From contig OZ024741.1 in assembly GCA_964016885.1 (NCBI GenBank), positions 137,764,001 to 137,828,000 of the forward strand: a stretch of DNA of 64,000 bases, in the 5' to 3' direction. The notes beneath the pieces are model-generated. The model was not told the DNA's origin. It did no database searches and worked only from the letters and a program-made list of their open reading frames with translations. Position numbers and translations under genes: made by a program. Source of the stretch: Eledone cirrhosa. Lineage: Eukaryota. Numbering within the stretch: position 1 is the stretch's first letter; each line of letters begins with the position of its first letter. Positions 42,676 to 55,454 of this stretch are shown piece after piece.

Positions 42676-43118
42676 AAGATATCTCAACGTAGTGCGATCA
42701 ATAACTAAAATAAGTTATTGGGATAAAAAGGGGGAGAGAGAGAAAAATACGTAAACAGACACGAACTTTAAAGCAACGTGAAGAGAGGAAAATTATCAAG
42801 TCAACAAAATCTTTTCGGACATATTTCCTGGCAAGTGTGACAAGAGAGAACACAGGCACGTCTTGACTGTAGCAGTGTGAGCTCCCTCGTCCGCCACTGC
42901 AAGCAGTCTCTTTTCTCGTTGACAGTGCTACAGTCAAGACGTGTCTGAGTTCTCTCTTGTCACACCTGCCAGGACTTACGTACGAAACAATTTTGTTGAC
43001 TTTTCCTCTCTTTACGTTGCTTTACTTTTCGTGTCTGTTTACGTATTTTTCTCTCTTTCCCCCGTTTTTATTCCAATAACTTATTTTAGTTATTGATCGC
43101 ACTAGGTTGAGATATCTT
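42676..43118. repeat. ~200-bp inverted repeat arms with ~40-bp spacer
   Basis: 42676-42880 is the imperfect reverse complement of 42920-43118. Confidence 0.85.
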
Positions 43119-43142
43119 ATATATATAGAGAGATAAATAAGT

Positions 43143-43280
43143 TTATCCCGTGTTCAATCGAGGGTAACCACAGTAAGTAAGGTACTCAATACAAAGCAGA
43201 GTATAACTATTTAATATAGAAATCATCAGGAAGCCTAATGATTTCCCCCGAATGAAACAATTCTAGTCCCGTAGAAGCAA
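43143..43280. mobile_element. Rearranged fragments of PLE1-family pseudo-LTR with decayed HHR
   Basis: 43145-43220 resembles the reverse complement of 8097-8175; 43233-43279 resembles 8047-8091 (CTAATGA...GAATGAAACAATTCTAGTCCCGTAGAAGC). Confidence 0.65.
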
Positions 43281-43317
43281 TTTCTCTCTCTCTCTCTATA
43301 TATATATATATACATAT

Positions 43318-44022
43318 ATATACAAGATTTTAAAGTATTCCGCAGTTCACAGTAATAATAATAATACTAGCTCGAAGAAGAACAGAGAATTTTCATCTGA
43401 GCTCAAATACAAATATATTACACAGAGAGAAGTGTGTTACACAGTGAGATGTGTGCAAAAAATTATTACATGTGAGTTTAACCGTTACTGTATGGAGAAC
43501 TACAGGTTAGCAATTAAATAGAACAATACCTAAGTCAGAATCAAATCTCTGAAGTAGAGTTTTAAATTACTAACCTTATAACTATAATCTTGCTGATACG
43601 AATTTAGTTCGTTTCACCACCGAAATGTGCGGTATAACAGCCCATAGGATCCTCAGTCAGCAAGTATGGGTACTGTCCACCACACATCTAACCTAATGGA
43701 TAGAGAGAAAGCTAATAATACGCTGTCCAGAGTAGGGCGAAATCACGTGTTATGTGCACCAGATAACGGCTCTCATGAATTGGGGGAAAATGCTAGAGAG
43801 AGAGAGCAGCCCAACTATTCGAATTTATTAGCTCTACAATCCGGAGCTCGTTAAATATACAAAGATCGGAATTAAAGTATTCCGCAGTTCACAGTAATAA
43901 TAATAATTGTTTCTACTTGAGGCACAAGGCCAGCACATACCCAGTACATTACTGGTACTTTATTTCATCGACCCCGTAAGGATGAAAGGCAAAGTTAATA
44001 ATACTAGCTCGAAGAAGAACAG
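43318..44022 (-). mobile_element. HHR-bearing non-coding ~542-nt unit with terminal redundancy; SINE inserted in one repeat
   Basis: TTAAAGTATTCCGCAGTTCACAGTAATAAT...ACTAGCTCGAAGAAGAACAGA at 43330 and 43872; the second is split by a SINE A fragment at about 43907-43995. Confidence 0.7.
43589..43664 (-). ncRNA. Type I hammerhead ribozyme with branched stem II
   Basis: Reverse complement: cttgctga-CTGAGGA-t.cc[tatgg..ttata][ccg..cgg]t.gg.t-GAAA-cgaa(ctaaa)ttcg-TA-tcagcaag; perfect 8-bp stem I. Confidence 0.85.
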
Positions 44023-44266
44023 AATGTATATACAACTATCAATTTGACAATCCCCTTCTTCCTAGTAGACTCTTTATAGCAATTCTATTGTTAACAGCAT
44101 TCAACCATCCCTTTCAAAGGGTCATGTCCTCAACTAAAGTGAATTAATTTTCATCTTAACATCATATGGAAAAAAACAATCTGATTGGTTTGTTCTTCAG
44201 CTACCTCCAAATAAGGTCATAGAACTCAACTTACAACTAATTTACTACTAATTTTGAATAAAATTC

Positions 44267-44410
44267 TTATTGCTTTTGACAACAGCTGGTGATATGCATG
44301 TAAGTAAATATTTTCCTTATCTGATATTTTGTAACTAACCTTACATAGATCGATAACGAAGTATAGTTACGATGTATTATCATCACCTAGAAACGATCGT
44401 AAAGCAGTGA
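44267..44410 (+). ncRNA. Type I hammerhead ribozyme, U3:A8 core, ~105-nt stem II
   Basis: ttattgctt-TTGACAA-cagc.tggtgat.atgcat...atgtat.t.atcatca.ccta-GAAA-cgatcg-TA-aagcagtga; the 3' half recurs at about 17959. Confidence 0.65.
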
Positions 44411-44459
44411 AGTAGATTTCTAATGACTTGATTTTTTATTTCATTGTTTTAACTTATAT

Positions 44460-44568
<109 letters not shown>

Positions 44569-44619
44569 ATGATATTAAAAAATTCAATGATATTAAATAA
44601 ATGGAAACTTCTCTCTGTG

Positions 44620-44671
<52 letters not shown>

Positions 44672-44729
44672 ATATTAAATAATTCAATGATATTAAATAA
44701 ATGGAAACTATATTTATAAAACCATATTT

Positions 44730-44790
44730 ATTTTATTATATATATTTCAAGGGTACCAAGACACATTGGTATGCTTTCATCAGATAAAAT
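44730..44790 (-). ncRNA. Type I hammerhead ribozyme, PLE5 3' pLTR
   Basis: Reverse complement: attttat-CTGATGA-aagcataccaa(tgtgtc)ttggtaccctt-GAAA-tatata-TA-ataaaat. Confidence 0.75.
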
Positions 44791-44803
44791 ACAAAGTTTG
44801 TTT

Positions 44804-45003
44804 NNNNNNNNNNNNNNNNNNNNNNNNNNNNNNNNNNNNNNNNNNNNNNNNNNNNNNNNNNNNNNNNNNNNNNNNNNNNNNNNNNNNNNNNNNNNNNNNN
44901 NNNNNNNNNNNNNNNNNNNNNNNNNNNNNNNNNNNNNNNNNNNNNNNNNNNNNNNNNNNNNNNNNNNNNNNNNNNNNNNNNNNNNNNNNNNNNNNNNNNN
45001 NNN
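44804..45003. other. Assembly gap (200 N)
   Basis: Run of N. Confidence 1.
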
Positions 45004-45225
45004 AGAGAGAGAGAGAGAGAGAAGAGATAAGAGGAGAAGGATAAATTAGTACGAGAGAGAGAGAGAGAAGAAAGAAACAATAGAAGATGAATAAAAACTC
45101 ATATAGCGTTAATTTGAGGGAAATATATTCGAAGAATATATCTTAATAGTACGTGTATTTACGATTATTATTTGTTTAAAATTTGTTTATAATATTATAT
45201 TTTTCTTCTGTTATAAGTAGATACA

Positions 45226-45280
<55 letters not shown>

Positions 45281-45822
45281 ATAGATGGGTATATCATGTT
45301 ATAGATAATTGTTCTAATGTGTTATGAGGGTTATTTGTATTATATTTAATGTAAATAATTAAGTTAGATTAAATTAAATTAACTGATTTAATAAGAATAT
45401 TATATTTATATGATTTGAAATGGGAAGATACGGAAAAACTCCGGTTTAATTTATTTATTCGTAGTGTGAGACTATTTAGTCAAAATAAGTATAGATGTTG
45501 AATGATAAATTTAGCCAGAATCAGTTAGTGGTTATAAATCTATTGAAAAATATTGAAACATTTGAGAAAATTAAAAAAAAATAATTTAAGAGATAAGTAA
45601 TTTTTAAAGAATAAAAATTAAAGAAATAACAATAAAGAAATAAAAATTGTTAAAATTAAAATTTTGAAAAAAAGATTAGAATTATATAAATATATATTTT
45701 ATGAAACTTTCAGAAGTGGAATTACAGCAAATGTTATAGATATTATGATTTAGAGATATCAATATATTAAAATCAAGTGGATGAGATTGTTATGGAAATA
45801 AGTAGAAATATTATAAGTATAA

Positions 45823-48101
45823 TTATAAGTTATATATAGTTCTGAATGTTGAAATCTGGCGATGTCTACAAGAATTAAATAAATTCGTTCTTAGATTAAT
45901 AGAGTTTTTACATTTAAGTATGTAAAATATTTCCTCAATACACAATTTTCAGAATCTAGATGAAGCTGTGTTTCGGTACGTGGGTGCTTTTGAAATTGTT
46001 TCCCAAGCTAATGAATAGTCCATATTCTTGCATTTTAAGTTCCATATCAGGTTTGAAAGAGAAGTTGAAGATTTTTTATCAAATCTTCGGAAAGAGCAAT
46101 TGTGGTTATTCCAGCGACTTTTAAATTCTTTAGAAGTTGCTCCGACATAGTTAAATATATTATCACTAGTTTTAACTGTACATTTTCATCTAAACTGTAC
46201 GTTTTCATCTAAACACTTATTTTGTAAAGGACAGTTTGATTTAATTCTACAGTTACATTTTGCGGAGTTGTTGTTGTTCGGAACGGTACTATTATGTTGG
46301 ATATTGCTAGAGATATTACTGCTATTTTGGTTATTTTGGTTATGGTTTAAATTTCTATTATTAATTCTATTTATATTTTGTGCTATGTTCATAGTAGTAG
46401 AGTAGGATAGTTTTATAGTATGTCAGTTAAAGATTGAGTAGTATCTGTGGGTTTTAGGAAAACATTTATCTAGTGCTTTTAAGAATAGCTTTGCTAAAGG
46501 TGTTCATACGCTTAATGAGAATGTGGGTGAATACCAAATAATATTTCTAGTTCTAGTTCTTCTGTTAGTTTTAGAGTTTAAGTTAATTTTTTTAATTATT
46601 ATTACAATTAATAGTAGGGTTATTTGCCTTATTGTCGATGTATTTAATCTTATTTCTATAAGATTAAATTTCTGTCGATGTATTTAATCTTATTTGCCTT
46701 GTTGTCGATGTATTTAATCTTATTTCTATACCCTGCTCTATTTAAAGCTTCATTATAATATTCTGCCTTATCGTCAAAAATGTTTTTATTAGCGGAGATG
46801 CGTGAAATCCGTTGTTGGACTGAATTGACAATAGTGTTCTTGATAGATCTAGGATGATTAGAGTTAAAACTTACATAGTTTAGATTTTCATTAATTTTAT
46901 GGAATGGAGAGTAGAGCCCTGTGTTAAGGTTTAATGTTACGTCTAAAAAGTTAACACTTTTATAGTTATTCTCTATTTCTAACTTAAGGTTGTAGCTATT
47001 GAAGAATTGTATTATCGATTTTCTTTTCTCATTAATTTCACAATTACTATGATTTTCAATTAAAAGCAGCATATCATCACGATATAAACCACCGGTCATC
47101 TCTGGTATTTTTCTATGCAGTGTATTATTAATACATAGCCTCACAAGATCAGTTATTTGCCCTGAGTCAGATGATCCCATGGTGATATCAAAATTATTTT
47201 TTCTATCGGCTCTTGTCCAGAGATGATTGTTGAATTCAATTAAAGTTTTCCGTGCAGTTAAAATGATATGCATTTCCTCACTTGTTAAATCTGTATGTTT
47301 AGATGCATAGATAAGAGCTTTATTAAGAAAACTAGGAGTAATAGATGAGTAGTAGTTTGCAATATCCATTTGAATGAATTTTTTGTTATGTTTAAATTTT
47401 ATGTTATTGAACCAATCTTAGTACCTTTCCATAGTTTTAGGTAAGATATTTCTTTAAGTTGCAGTATGATTCTATATAATATATGTTTACTAACTATGCC
47501 TAAGTCTGATTTAGATGGTGCTATAAGTCTGACTGGTAGTTCTATTTCAAAGTTTCTTTGTGGTCTCTCAGCTTAATTTTCGGTATTCTAGATATAAAGG
47601 GTTCGGTCCTATTTTCGATGCCTAATTTATGAATTATTTCAAAGCTTCTCTATTTACATTTTCAAGTTCTTCATTAGTTGTTATTTTGTAGTTTTTCCGT
47701 AGTTCTTTCAATATAAGGTTATTGTATTCGTCCATTTGCATTCCGTATAGATTGTTAGTTTTGTCCGATTTTACGAGGATCTTCTCAGTTTTTTCAAGAT
47801 TGTCTATATTATTCTTGAGGCCTTTAAGGTATTCCTGGCCTACAAATTGGTTTTTCTTGAATTTGATGTTTTGTATAATCGATATTATTTCATTTTGAAA
47901 TTCCATTAATAGGTTGTTGTTTCTTGGATTTGGAGATCATATCGAAGTTGTAACTGGATTTATTTGTTTTTTCATCTGATTTTCTATCGAAATTGAAGGC
48001 ACACCATCTAAGTCTTCTATAAAGGAGTCAGATTTCTCATAATCCTTATTCTTAGGTAAAGGTACATCTTTTAGAGAAGAAGAAATCCTAAAGAATTCCA
48101 T
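45823..48101 (-). pseudogene. PLE5 RT plus GIY-YIG ORF, multiply disrupted
   Basis: MEFFRISSSLKDVPLP..RRLRW, VKSDKTNNLY, QMDIANYY, ITMGSSDS, GGLYRDDMLL, FLDVTLNL, CNCRIKSNCPL, YVGATSKEFKSRWNNH, SSTSLSNLIWNLK. Confidence 0.9.
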
Positions 48102-48291
48102 TATTTAGCAATCAGTTATAATTTAAAGTGCTAATCATTAAAGGAGCTATTTATAAGTAGAAGGGGTATTTAATTTGTTGGAAGTCCTACAAATATAAAT
48201 GTTTATAACTGATTTAGAGCATTCAACAGTTACTGGATTAAATATTCAATGATATTAAATAAATGGAAACTATATTTATAAAACCATATTT

Positions 48292-48354
48292 ATTTTATTA
48301 TATATATATTTCAAGGGTACCAAGACACATTAGTACGCTTTCATCAGATAAAAT
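48292..48354 (-). ncRNA. Type I hammerhead ribozyme, PLE5 5' pLTR
   Basis: Reverse complement: attttat-CTGATGA-aagcgtactaa(tgtgtc)ttggtaccctt-GAAA-tatatata-TA-ataaaat. Confidence 0.75.
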
Positions 48355-48515
48355 ACAAAGTTTATTTTATAAATAGAGACATACCCATGAAAATCATACC
48401 TTATCGGTTGGATATTCACTGGATAGCGGAAATATATTAGGGATTTTTCAAACTTATGTGTGAATATGCAAATGAATATGTAAATAATTGAAAAACAACC
48501 GTTTATTTAAACGAT

Positions 48516-48568
<53 letters not shown>

Positions 48569-48583
48569 GGAGAGAGAGGGAGA

Positions 48584-48614
<31 letters not shown>

Positions 48615-48937
48615 GATATAAGAGGAGAAGGATAAAATAGTGCGAGAGAGAGAGAGATAAGAAAGAAACAAGAGAAGATGAATAAAAACTCACATAACGT
48701 TAATTTGAGGGAAATATATTCTAAGTATATATCTTAATAGTACGTGTATTTACGATTATTAGTTGTTTAAAATGTGTTTAGTACCCTTGAAATATATATA
48801 ATAAATATGGTTTCATAAATATAGTTTCCATTTATTTAATATCATTGAATATTTACTCCAGTAACTTGTTGAGTGCTCTAAATCAGTTATAAACATATAC
48901 ATTTGTCGGACTTCCAACAAATTAAATATCCCTTCTA

Positions 48938-49007
<70 letters not shown>

Positions 49008-49013
<6 letters not shown>

Positions 49014-49196
49014 GTCCCAAAAGTCATACAGGAGTTTTAGCTTTTATTAACTTCCTGAATTGTTCAGATTGATGTATGACATTTGGATACAACTTAAAGA
49101 ACATAATGGAAATTATTTTGCACTCGTCAATCCTTGTCACCCCTCTACACTACTTCTTTCAAATGGCCGCCATTTTCGCCCTGTGTGACCTTTAGG

Positions 49197-49197
<1 letters not shown>
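49008..49197. mobile_element. Possible Tc1/mariner-type MITE remnant in (TA)n
   Basis: Starts TA|TAGGGTGTCCCAAAAGTCA (Tc1-like TIR); partial complement TGACCTTTAGG at the other end. Confidence 0.35.
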
Positions 49198-49273
<76 letters not shown>

Positions 49274-49809
49274 GAGAAGAATGAATACTGCGTGGTTGCA
49301 CATGGGTTACATATGATAAAAATAGTCCTTCATCAGTGATTTTCCAACCTTCATTTGTATTTTATAGCTTTAAAAATCATATACCTCCAGTTGGTGCGAG
49401 CAATAGTTAAATAAAGCTATTGGGACAAGTAAATTGCGTAAAGCGAGCGAGACAAGTAAACAAACATAGAAGGATAGCAACGCAAAGATAGGAACAAACA
49501 AGCACATGGGAGTCCGATCAGCTTAAGCTGTGTGGATTTCATGAGCGAGAGACAACAGACTGTGCGACGCGAGTGAGGTGTGAGCAAGAAAGGACCCCAC
49601 TTCAGGCCAAACGGGAGCAAGTGAGAAGGGGAGAAGCAGAGAGTGAGTGAGTGGAAGTGCGAGGAAGAGGCCAGTCGAGAGAAAATGTAACTGACAGGGG
49701 GGGGGCGAAAGAAGGTGAGAGAAACAGAGAGAGGGGGGAAGCAGTAAGAGAGAAACAGACAAACGCAGCTGGGTAAAATCTCTCTCTATATATATATGCG
49801 TGTGTGTGC

Positions 49810-49859
<50 letters not shown>

Positions 49860-50874
49860 GTATGTGTGTGTCTATGTATGTGTGTGTATGTATGTGCGCG
49901 CGCGCGTGTGTGTGTGAGTGTTTGTGTGCGTGTGCGTGTGTATTTCATATAGGAATTACTTTTTCTGGATTTCAGTGTTCATCAGTGTTCAGTGCTTGAA
50001 TTATTAGAATTCAAAGTGATAGCGCTTACAGGATTTTCAAGTTATGTGTGCTTAGCACTATGTTTCAATTTCTCTGCTCTCTTGTCAGAAAACTAATCAT
50101 AGCACACGTCATGTTAGGTCGTACTGTGAAACATTTCGCATCAATCTCCATCTCAGATTTCATTGTTGTTTTCGTCCTCGGAGATGTACAAGTGAGATGG
50201 TTTTTACTACTCGACAGCAAGAACATTTTACAGAGGATGGTTTAGACATGTATTATTGCTTTATAGCAGGCATAGGCGACTTTTTTTGAGAAGAGGGCTG
50301 CATGAAATACGGCTCATCATCAGGCGGGGTGCAAGCGCTAATTTACATTCGTGCCCACATTTAAAAAAGGGTGGTAACTCAGTTTGTTTTGATTTGTTTC
50401 TTCAGAATTCGTACACGTTGTTTTCCTCGATCGTAAAAATGATAGAAAGATAACTTGCAACTGAAACGTCGGGGTAAAAAATCAGAAAGATTTCACTTAC
50501 GCGAGCCATTCAGAAAGCTTCGTGGGCCGCAGGTTGCCCGTGACGTTTTTATAGACATCACGAGATATTTTGATGATGTTAATAGGACAACGTTGTGTTT
50601 GATGAAAATTGATGTCGATTTTGCCTCAAATGATACAAATCATCCGATTGCCTTAAGAAACAAAATCCACCGAGCTGGGTATGATTCGAGGGAAAGAATA
50701 TTCTAGCTATGACTTTTAAAATCGAGACCAAAATTGCCAAAAAAACTTTTCTGGCAAAGTATAGACTTGAGAGCCTATTACGGGATCACGAGTAGAAATC
50801 ACAACATACTCAATAAAATATATAGTAAACTGTAAAGAAGTGTCCTGATTGTTAACAGAGTGACAACCATCACA

Positions 50875-51243
50875 TCGAAAATAAGTAAGTGACATAGTTA
50901 CTACTTTAAAACAAATAGCGAATGGTGTTCTAAATGTTTTTAATTAAACATACGCTATATTGCCAAATGTACTATACATACATTCATGTAGACATCGCTA
51001 ATACCTAATTTTTGTTGTACTGGCAATCACTCTGTATAATCAGCTCCTGATTAATACTGGAATTCTATAAGAATCTAATTTTTATAATTTTCGGTGGAGG
51101 CAGGGGAGTGTGTGGTTTTGATAAACGCCAACCACCGAGAAACAGACTGTCAATCACTCTCCTTTTATTTTCTTCGAAAATAAGTAAGTAACATAGTCAC
51201 TACTTTAAAACTAATAGCGAATGGTCTTCTAAATGTTTTTAAT
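50875..51243 (+). mobile_element. HHR-bearing non-coding ~299-nt unit, locus C
   Basis: TCGAAAATAAGTAAGT...CTAAATGTTTTTAAT at 50875 and 51174; homologous to loci A and B but starts at a different phase. Confidence 0.72.
51112..51157 (+). ncRNA. Type I hammerhead ribozyme, U3:A8 core variant
   Basis: gtggtt-TTGATAA-a.cg(ccaaccac)cg.a-GAAA-cagactg-TC-aatcac; stem II is weak. Confidence 0.62.
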
Positions 51244-53479
51244 ATGTATATATAATTATTAATCATATTATTAATGCCCATGTAAACCAGCGTGCTAAAA
51301 ATAGCCACTATTAGAACATTAAGCCACTTCTACTAATTTTAAGATTAATAGGACATCTTTTAGGAGCAGTAATACAATACTGGTGTTTCAGGGTGTAAGA
51401 GAAACAGCCAAATAGCACCATAAAGCCAAAACAACCCACCATCAATAGAATTTGACTTACTAAAAGCATTAGAAATGACTAACCATCCTGGATTCAACAA
51501 AGAATGTGAACACAAAGATGTGGAAGACGACGTTATGATATAAGGAAACTGGAAGGGATTGCTAGAAGTAGTAGCACGTTTGGTCTAAAATAATTCAACT
51601 CGATTAACATTTAATGTTAGCAGAATTAAAATCACGTACTTTCCGATCTTCTTTTGTAATTATACGTGTACATATATATAATGTTAATGAGAAGGAACGA
51701 GGTGTCAAAGTTTCATCATCATTATTATTATTGTTAACACCTGCTTATAAAGGATACCGACCATTGTATAACACCAAATGTACAACACCACATATTATAA
51801 TAAAAGAGACCAACCTATGTATCGAATGGTTAGGTTGGTGAACCAATAGTCACGTACAGTTACAACCCATAAAACTATACACGTACATACACACACACAG
51901 ACACACACATATATAAATATGTGTATGTATACATAATATATATTTATATATATGTATATATTGTGTTTATGCATAGTAAGTTTGTGTATATGTGAGTGTA
52001 TGTGTATGTAGATATCCGCCCGAGAGCGGTACATCTGCTAGTGACATAAATACTACTTCAACAAATTTCTTGAGCAGCTAACATTATTTGTGTTTTGATT
52101 TAAATGTGCTTTAGAGAATATTGAAATTTTTAATTGGAATGCTATTCATCTAAAATAACTATTTTGTATGCAGGTAACATTAGCTCTGTTGATGTCAAAT
52201 ATAAAATTACCTTATCAGTGACTGATTGTTTCAACAACGTGTTCATCACATCGGAGAAAATCCAGAGCTTTCAGAGGTTGCGATGGTTTATTTGCCGTAA
52301 ATGATACCATCCGTTCGGTCAAAGGTAAAAGATTTAGAATAAATTGATGGCTTAAAAATCAGATACATTTAATTGAAAAACTGTCAAGATTAAATAGAAG
52401 ATTATATTGTCGATCATAAAAAAACTTAAACTATGCAAGTCAGTATATGGAATTTGTCATGATTCCATTTGATAAACAGTCTGCACATTTGCGTGAAATA
52501 ATTTCATGACAAGTTGATGTTTATATTTAATTTTTGTTGTTGAAATGTTAACAAAATGATCTATTATAATGGTATAGAAAGAATGTTTTTTTTATAGCAA
52601 ATAAATAGGACAGATGTAAGATGCGCATGATTTGATGTCACGGGATTTTGTTAGCCATCTTTAAGACATGGTTTCAATACACATAAGTTCCGTCAACAAA
52701 ATGTTTCTTATGCATGCAAATCTTTACGCAATGACAGCCATTGGTATCGAGAACGATCTGTTATTCCAACACAATTTTTGTTTAAGAAATATACATAATA
52801 TGCATTGCCTCTTAAATCCTTATGGAGTCGTATGGCCTCTTAAATCCTTATGGAGTCGTATGGTTGCTGTCATGACATAAAACCTGGCAGTGACCAGCTC
52901 TCGCCATGCCTCAGAACAATCGATTTTTTCCAGAAAAGAATGAGAGCAGGATGGACCTGGTAAAGATATGTTGATGAAATATCGATCCCATTACTGGACT
53001 TATAAACGGTGAAAGAATGAAAGTCAAAGTTGACCACAGCGGTATTCGAACTCAGAGAACAAAATGTCGGAAGGAATAGGAGGCATGCGTGCGTTCACTT
53101 AATAGATATGCTTTCGAGGACTTCCAATCCTTCACATTCTTTAGGGAGAGGAATCGGTGAATGTATATTACTAATATCTATGTTACTTTATCAAGTAAAG
53201 ATGTCGGATTTTGTTCTACGTTATATCAAATTTACCAAATCAATAATAATATTCTTTTCTAATTTTGTTAACATGCCAGCGAATTTGGTGGAAGTTGATT
53301 AATTGACCTCAGTACTTGAATGTTACTTTATTTTAACGAACTCGGGTGTATTAATGGCAAAGTGGACCAGTTGACCACAGTAGGATTTAAACGCAGAACG
53401 GAAAAGCCATCACTAAATGCCTCAAAGCATTTTGTTCAAAGCTTTGACTGTTCTAGAATATTTATATTATTGTTATTGA

Positions 53480-53755
53480 TATTATTATCCTTACTTCTTT
53501 TAATTCAGGTTTTGTTGGAACATTCGGATTCTTGCTTGAGTAGTGAGCTTGCTATCTGTAGCCTACAGTGCCATGCTATTTGTTCTCTTTAACTATCTAG
53601 TACTTGTCTGATATTTGTGGCCGTGACAAGGAGACAAACTTCTTGCATTATCTCTACTGGACATTCTATTCCTATTTTATTTCTGTTCCTCTCAATATCT
53701 TTTGATACTGATCTCAATGCTCCTGAAACAATCGGCAATATCTTCATCTTTTTAA
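53480..53755 (-). mobile_element. R4/Dong-type LINE 3' end with (AAT)-like tail
   Basis: KILPIVSGALRSVSKDIE...IMQEVCLLVTATNIRQVLDS*, followed by a 3' UTR and a TAA-rich tail. Confidence 0.7.
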
Positions 53756-53775
53756 TATTATCATTATTATTAGAG

Positions 53776-54152
53776 CGGTGGATTAGCAGTATCGGTAGAT
53801 CGTCGCACAATATGCTTTGTGGCATATAATTACATCCCATTACGTTCTGATTTCAAATCCCGCCGATGTTAAACTTTGCCTTTCGTCCTTACGGGGTAGA
53901 TAAAGTAAAGCACCTGTAACTGACACAAGGTCGATTTAATCGATTCTCCCCTCCGCTAAAACTGCTGGCCTCGTGTCTAAATCAGAAACCAGGGATAGAG
54001 TTACGCCTCTTTACGTTCTGAGTTCAAATCCCACCGAGGTTAGCTTTGCCTTTCATCCTTACAGGGTCGAAAAAAAAAGCATCAATAATGCACTGCGATC
54101 GATTTAATCAACTTTCCCATGAAACTGTTGGCCTTGTGCCTAAATCAGAAAT
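53776..54152 (+). mobile_element. Two tandem SINE family A copies
   Basis: Family consensus at 53776-53990 and 54000-54152. Confidence 0.75.
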
Positions 54153-54679
54153 CATTATCATTAGTAGTAGTAGCAATATTTATAGTAGTAGTAGTAGTAG
54201 TAGTAGTAGCAGTATTTTTTCTAGCTTCAACACAAACCGCAGATTTTAAGAAACGACTGTCGTTTTAATCGACTACAGTACTTTAATGATATTTGTCAAT
54301 TCTGGACGTGATGTAAATCAAAAGCGATAGTGTCAGGATTTGAAGAAAGGAGTAAGGTAGGTGAAGATTTTTATATTTGTGTTCTTTTTGTAATGACGTC
54401 AGCATCTATTGACGAGGTGGTGGGGGTGTGTGACAGTAAGTTAGCGTGGTTTTATGGGAAGAGTTGCGTGAGGGTCGGGTGTAGGTCGGGTGTTGTGGTA
54501 GAAAGTTAGAGTAGATTTATTGGAAGGAGGAGATGGGGAGGAGTGGGGTAGAATGCTAGCCTGGATTTATCGGAAGGCAACAACAATAATATCACACCTG
54601 TCAACATATATCTATATTTATGATGTGTTCAACAACAATATCATCCATGTTGATGTTGGAGGGAGGGTGATAGCGGTCT

Positions 54680-55076
54680 TTATAGTGATGTTGTTGCTGA
54701 TGATAGTGATGTTGCTGCTGTTGATAGTGATGTGTGTTGTAGTGATGATAATGATGATGATGGTGATGGTCTTAATAGTGATGTTGCTGCTGATGATAGT
54801 GATGAGTGTTGTAGGGATGATGATGATGATGATGGTGATGTTGCTGATGTTGCTGATGATGATGATGGTGATGAGTGTTGTAGGGATAATAATGATGGTG
54901 ATGGTGATGGTGATGGTCTTAATAGTGACGTTGCTGATGATGATGATAGTGAGAGTGTTGTAGGGATGATAATGATGATGATGGTGATGAGTGTTGTAGA
55001 GATGATGATGATGATGATGATGGTAGTTTTAATGGTGATGTTGCTAATGATGATGATGATGGTGATGAGTACGTAG

Positions 55077-55120
<44 letters not shown>

Positions 55121-55310
55121 GGGATGGTCTTATTGGTGATGTTGCTGCTGATGATGTCGGTGATGAGTGTTGTAGGGATGATGATGGTGATGGTGATGAT
55201 TGTTTTGGTGATGATGTTTGTAGTGATAATGGTGATGGTGGCGGTGGTGGAGAGCTTTGTGAGGATAATGATGTCAATGATAATGATAGTGGTGATGAGA
55301 TTTATGCCCT
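54680..55310. repeat. (GAT)n-based compound minisatellite
   Basis: Recurring GATGAGTGTTGTAGGGAT and TCTTAATAGTGATGTTGCTG modules within (GAT)n. Confidence 0.9.
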
Positions 55311-55454
55311 CGTAACTGCTGTTGTTAACGATGATCATTGTGATGAAAAGCATCGTTATAGTTTCAGGGCTGAGATTTGCATACAAAATCTGTTAACTAT
55401 GCTATAACCATAACTACATATTAATATTAATAGCAGCAGCAGTAGTATTAGACA

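Larger units (their letters stand above)
44680..48942 (-). mobile_element. Penelope-like element 5: full-length, two direct pLTRs plus inverted 5' fragment
   Basis: 44683-45188 matches 48244-48780 (direct pLTRs); 48152-48320 is inverted relative to 48781-48942; flanked by (TA)n. Confidence 0.9.

Noticed and set aside
44272-44306. Apparent micro-exon (acag|CTGGTGATATGCAT|gtaagt)
   Set aside because: Better explained as part of the stem II of the hammerhead at 44267-44410; no other support.
47930-47945. In-frame TGA in PLE5 as possible selenocysteine, as in some Naiad PLEs
   Set aside because: The ORF has many other stops and frameshifts, its domain order is RT-EN rather than Naiad-type, and I recognised no SECIS element.
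49960-49995. CTGATGA-acact-GAAA on the minus strand (also lone cores at about 15318, 49326 and 50317)
   Set aside because: No supporting stems; compatible with chance or a short tandem repeat.
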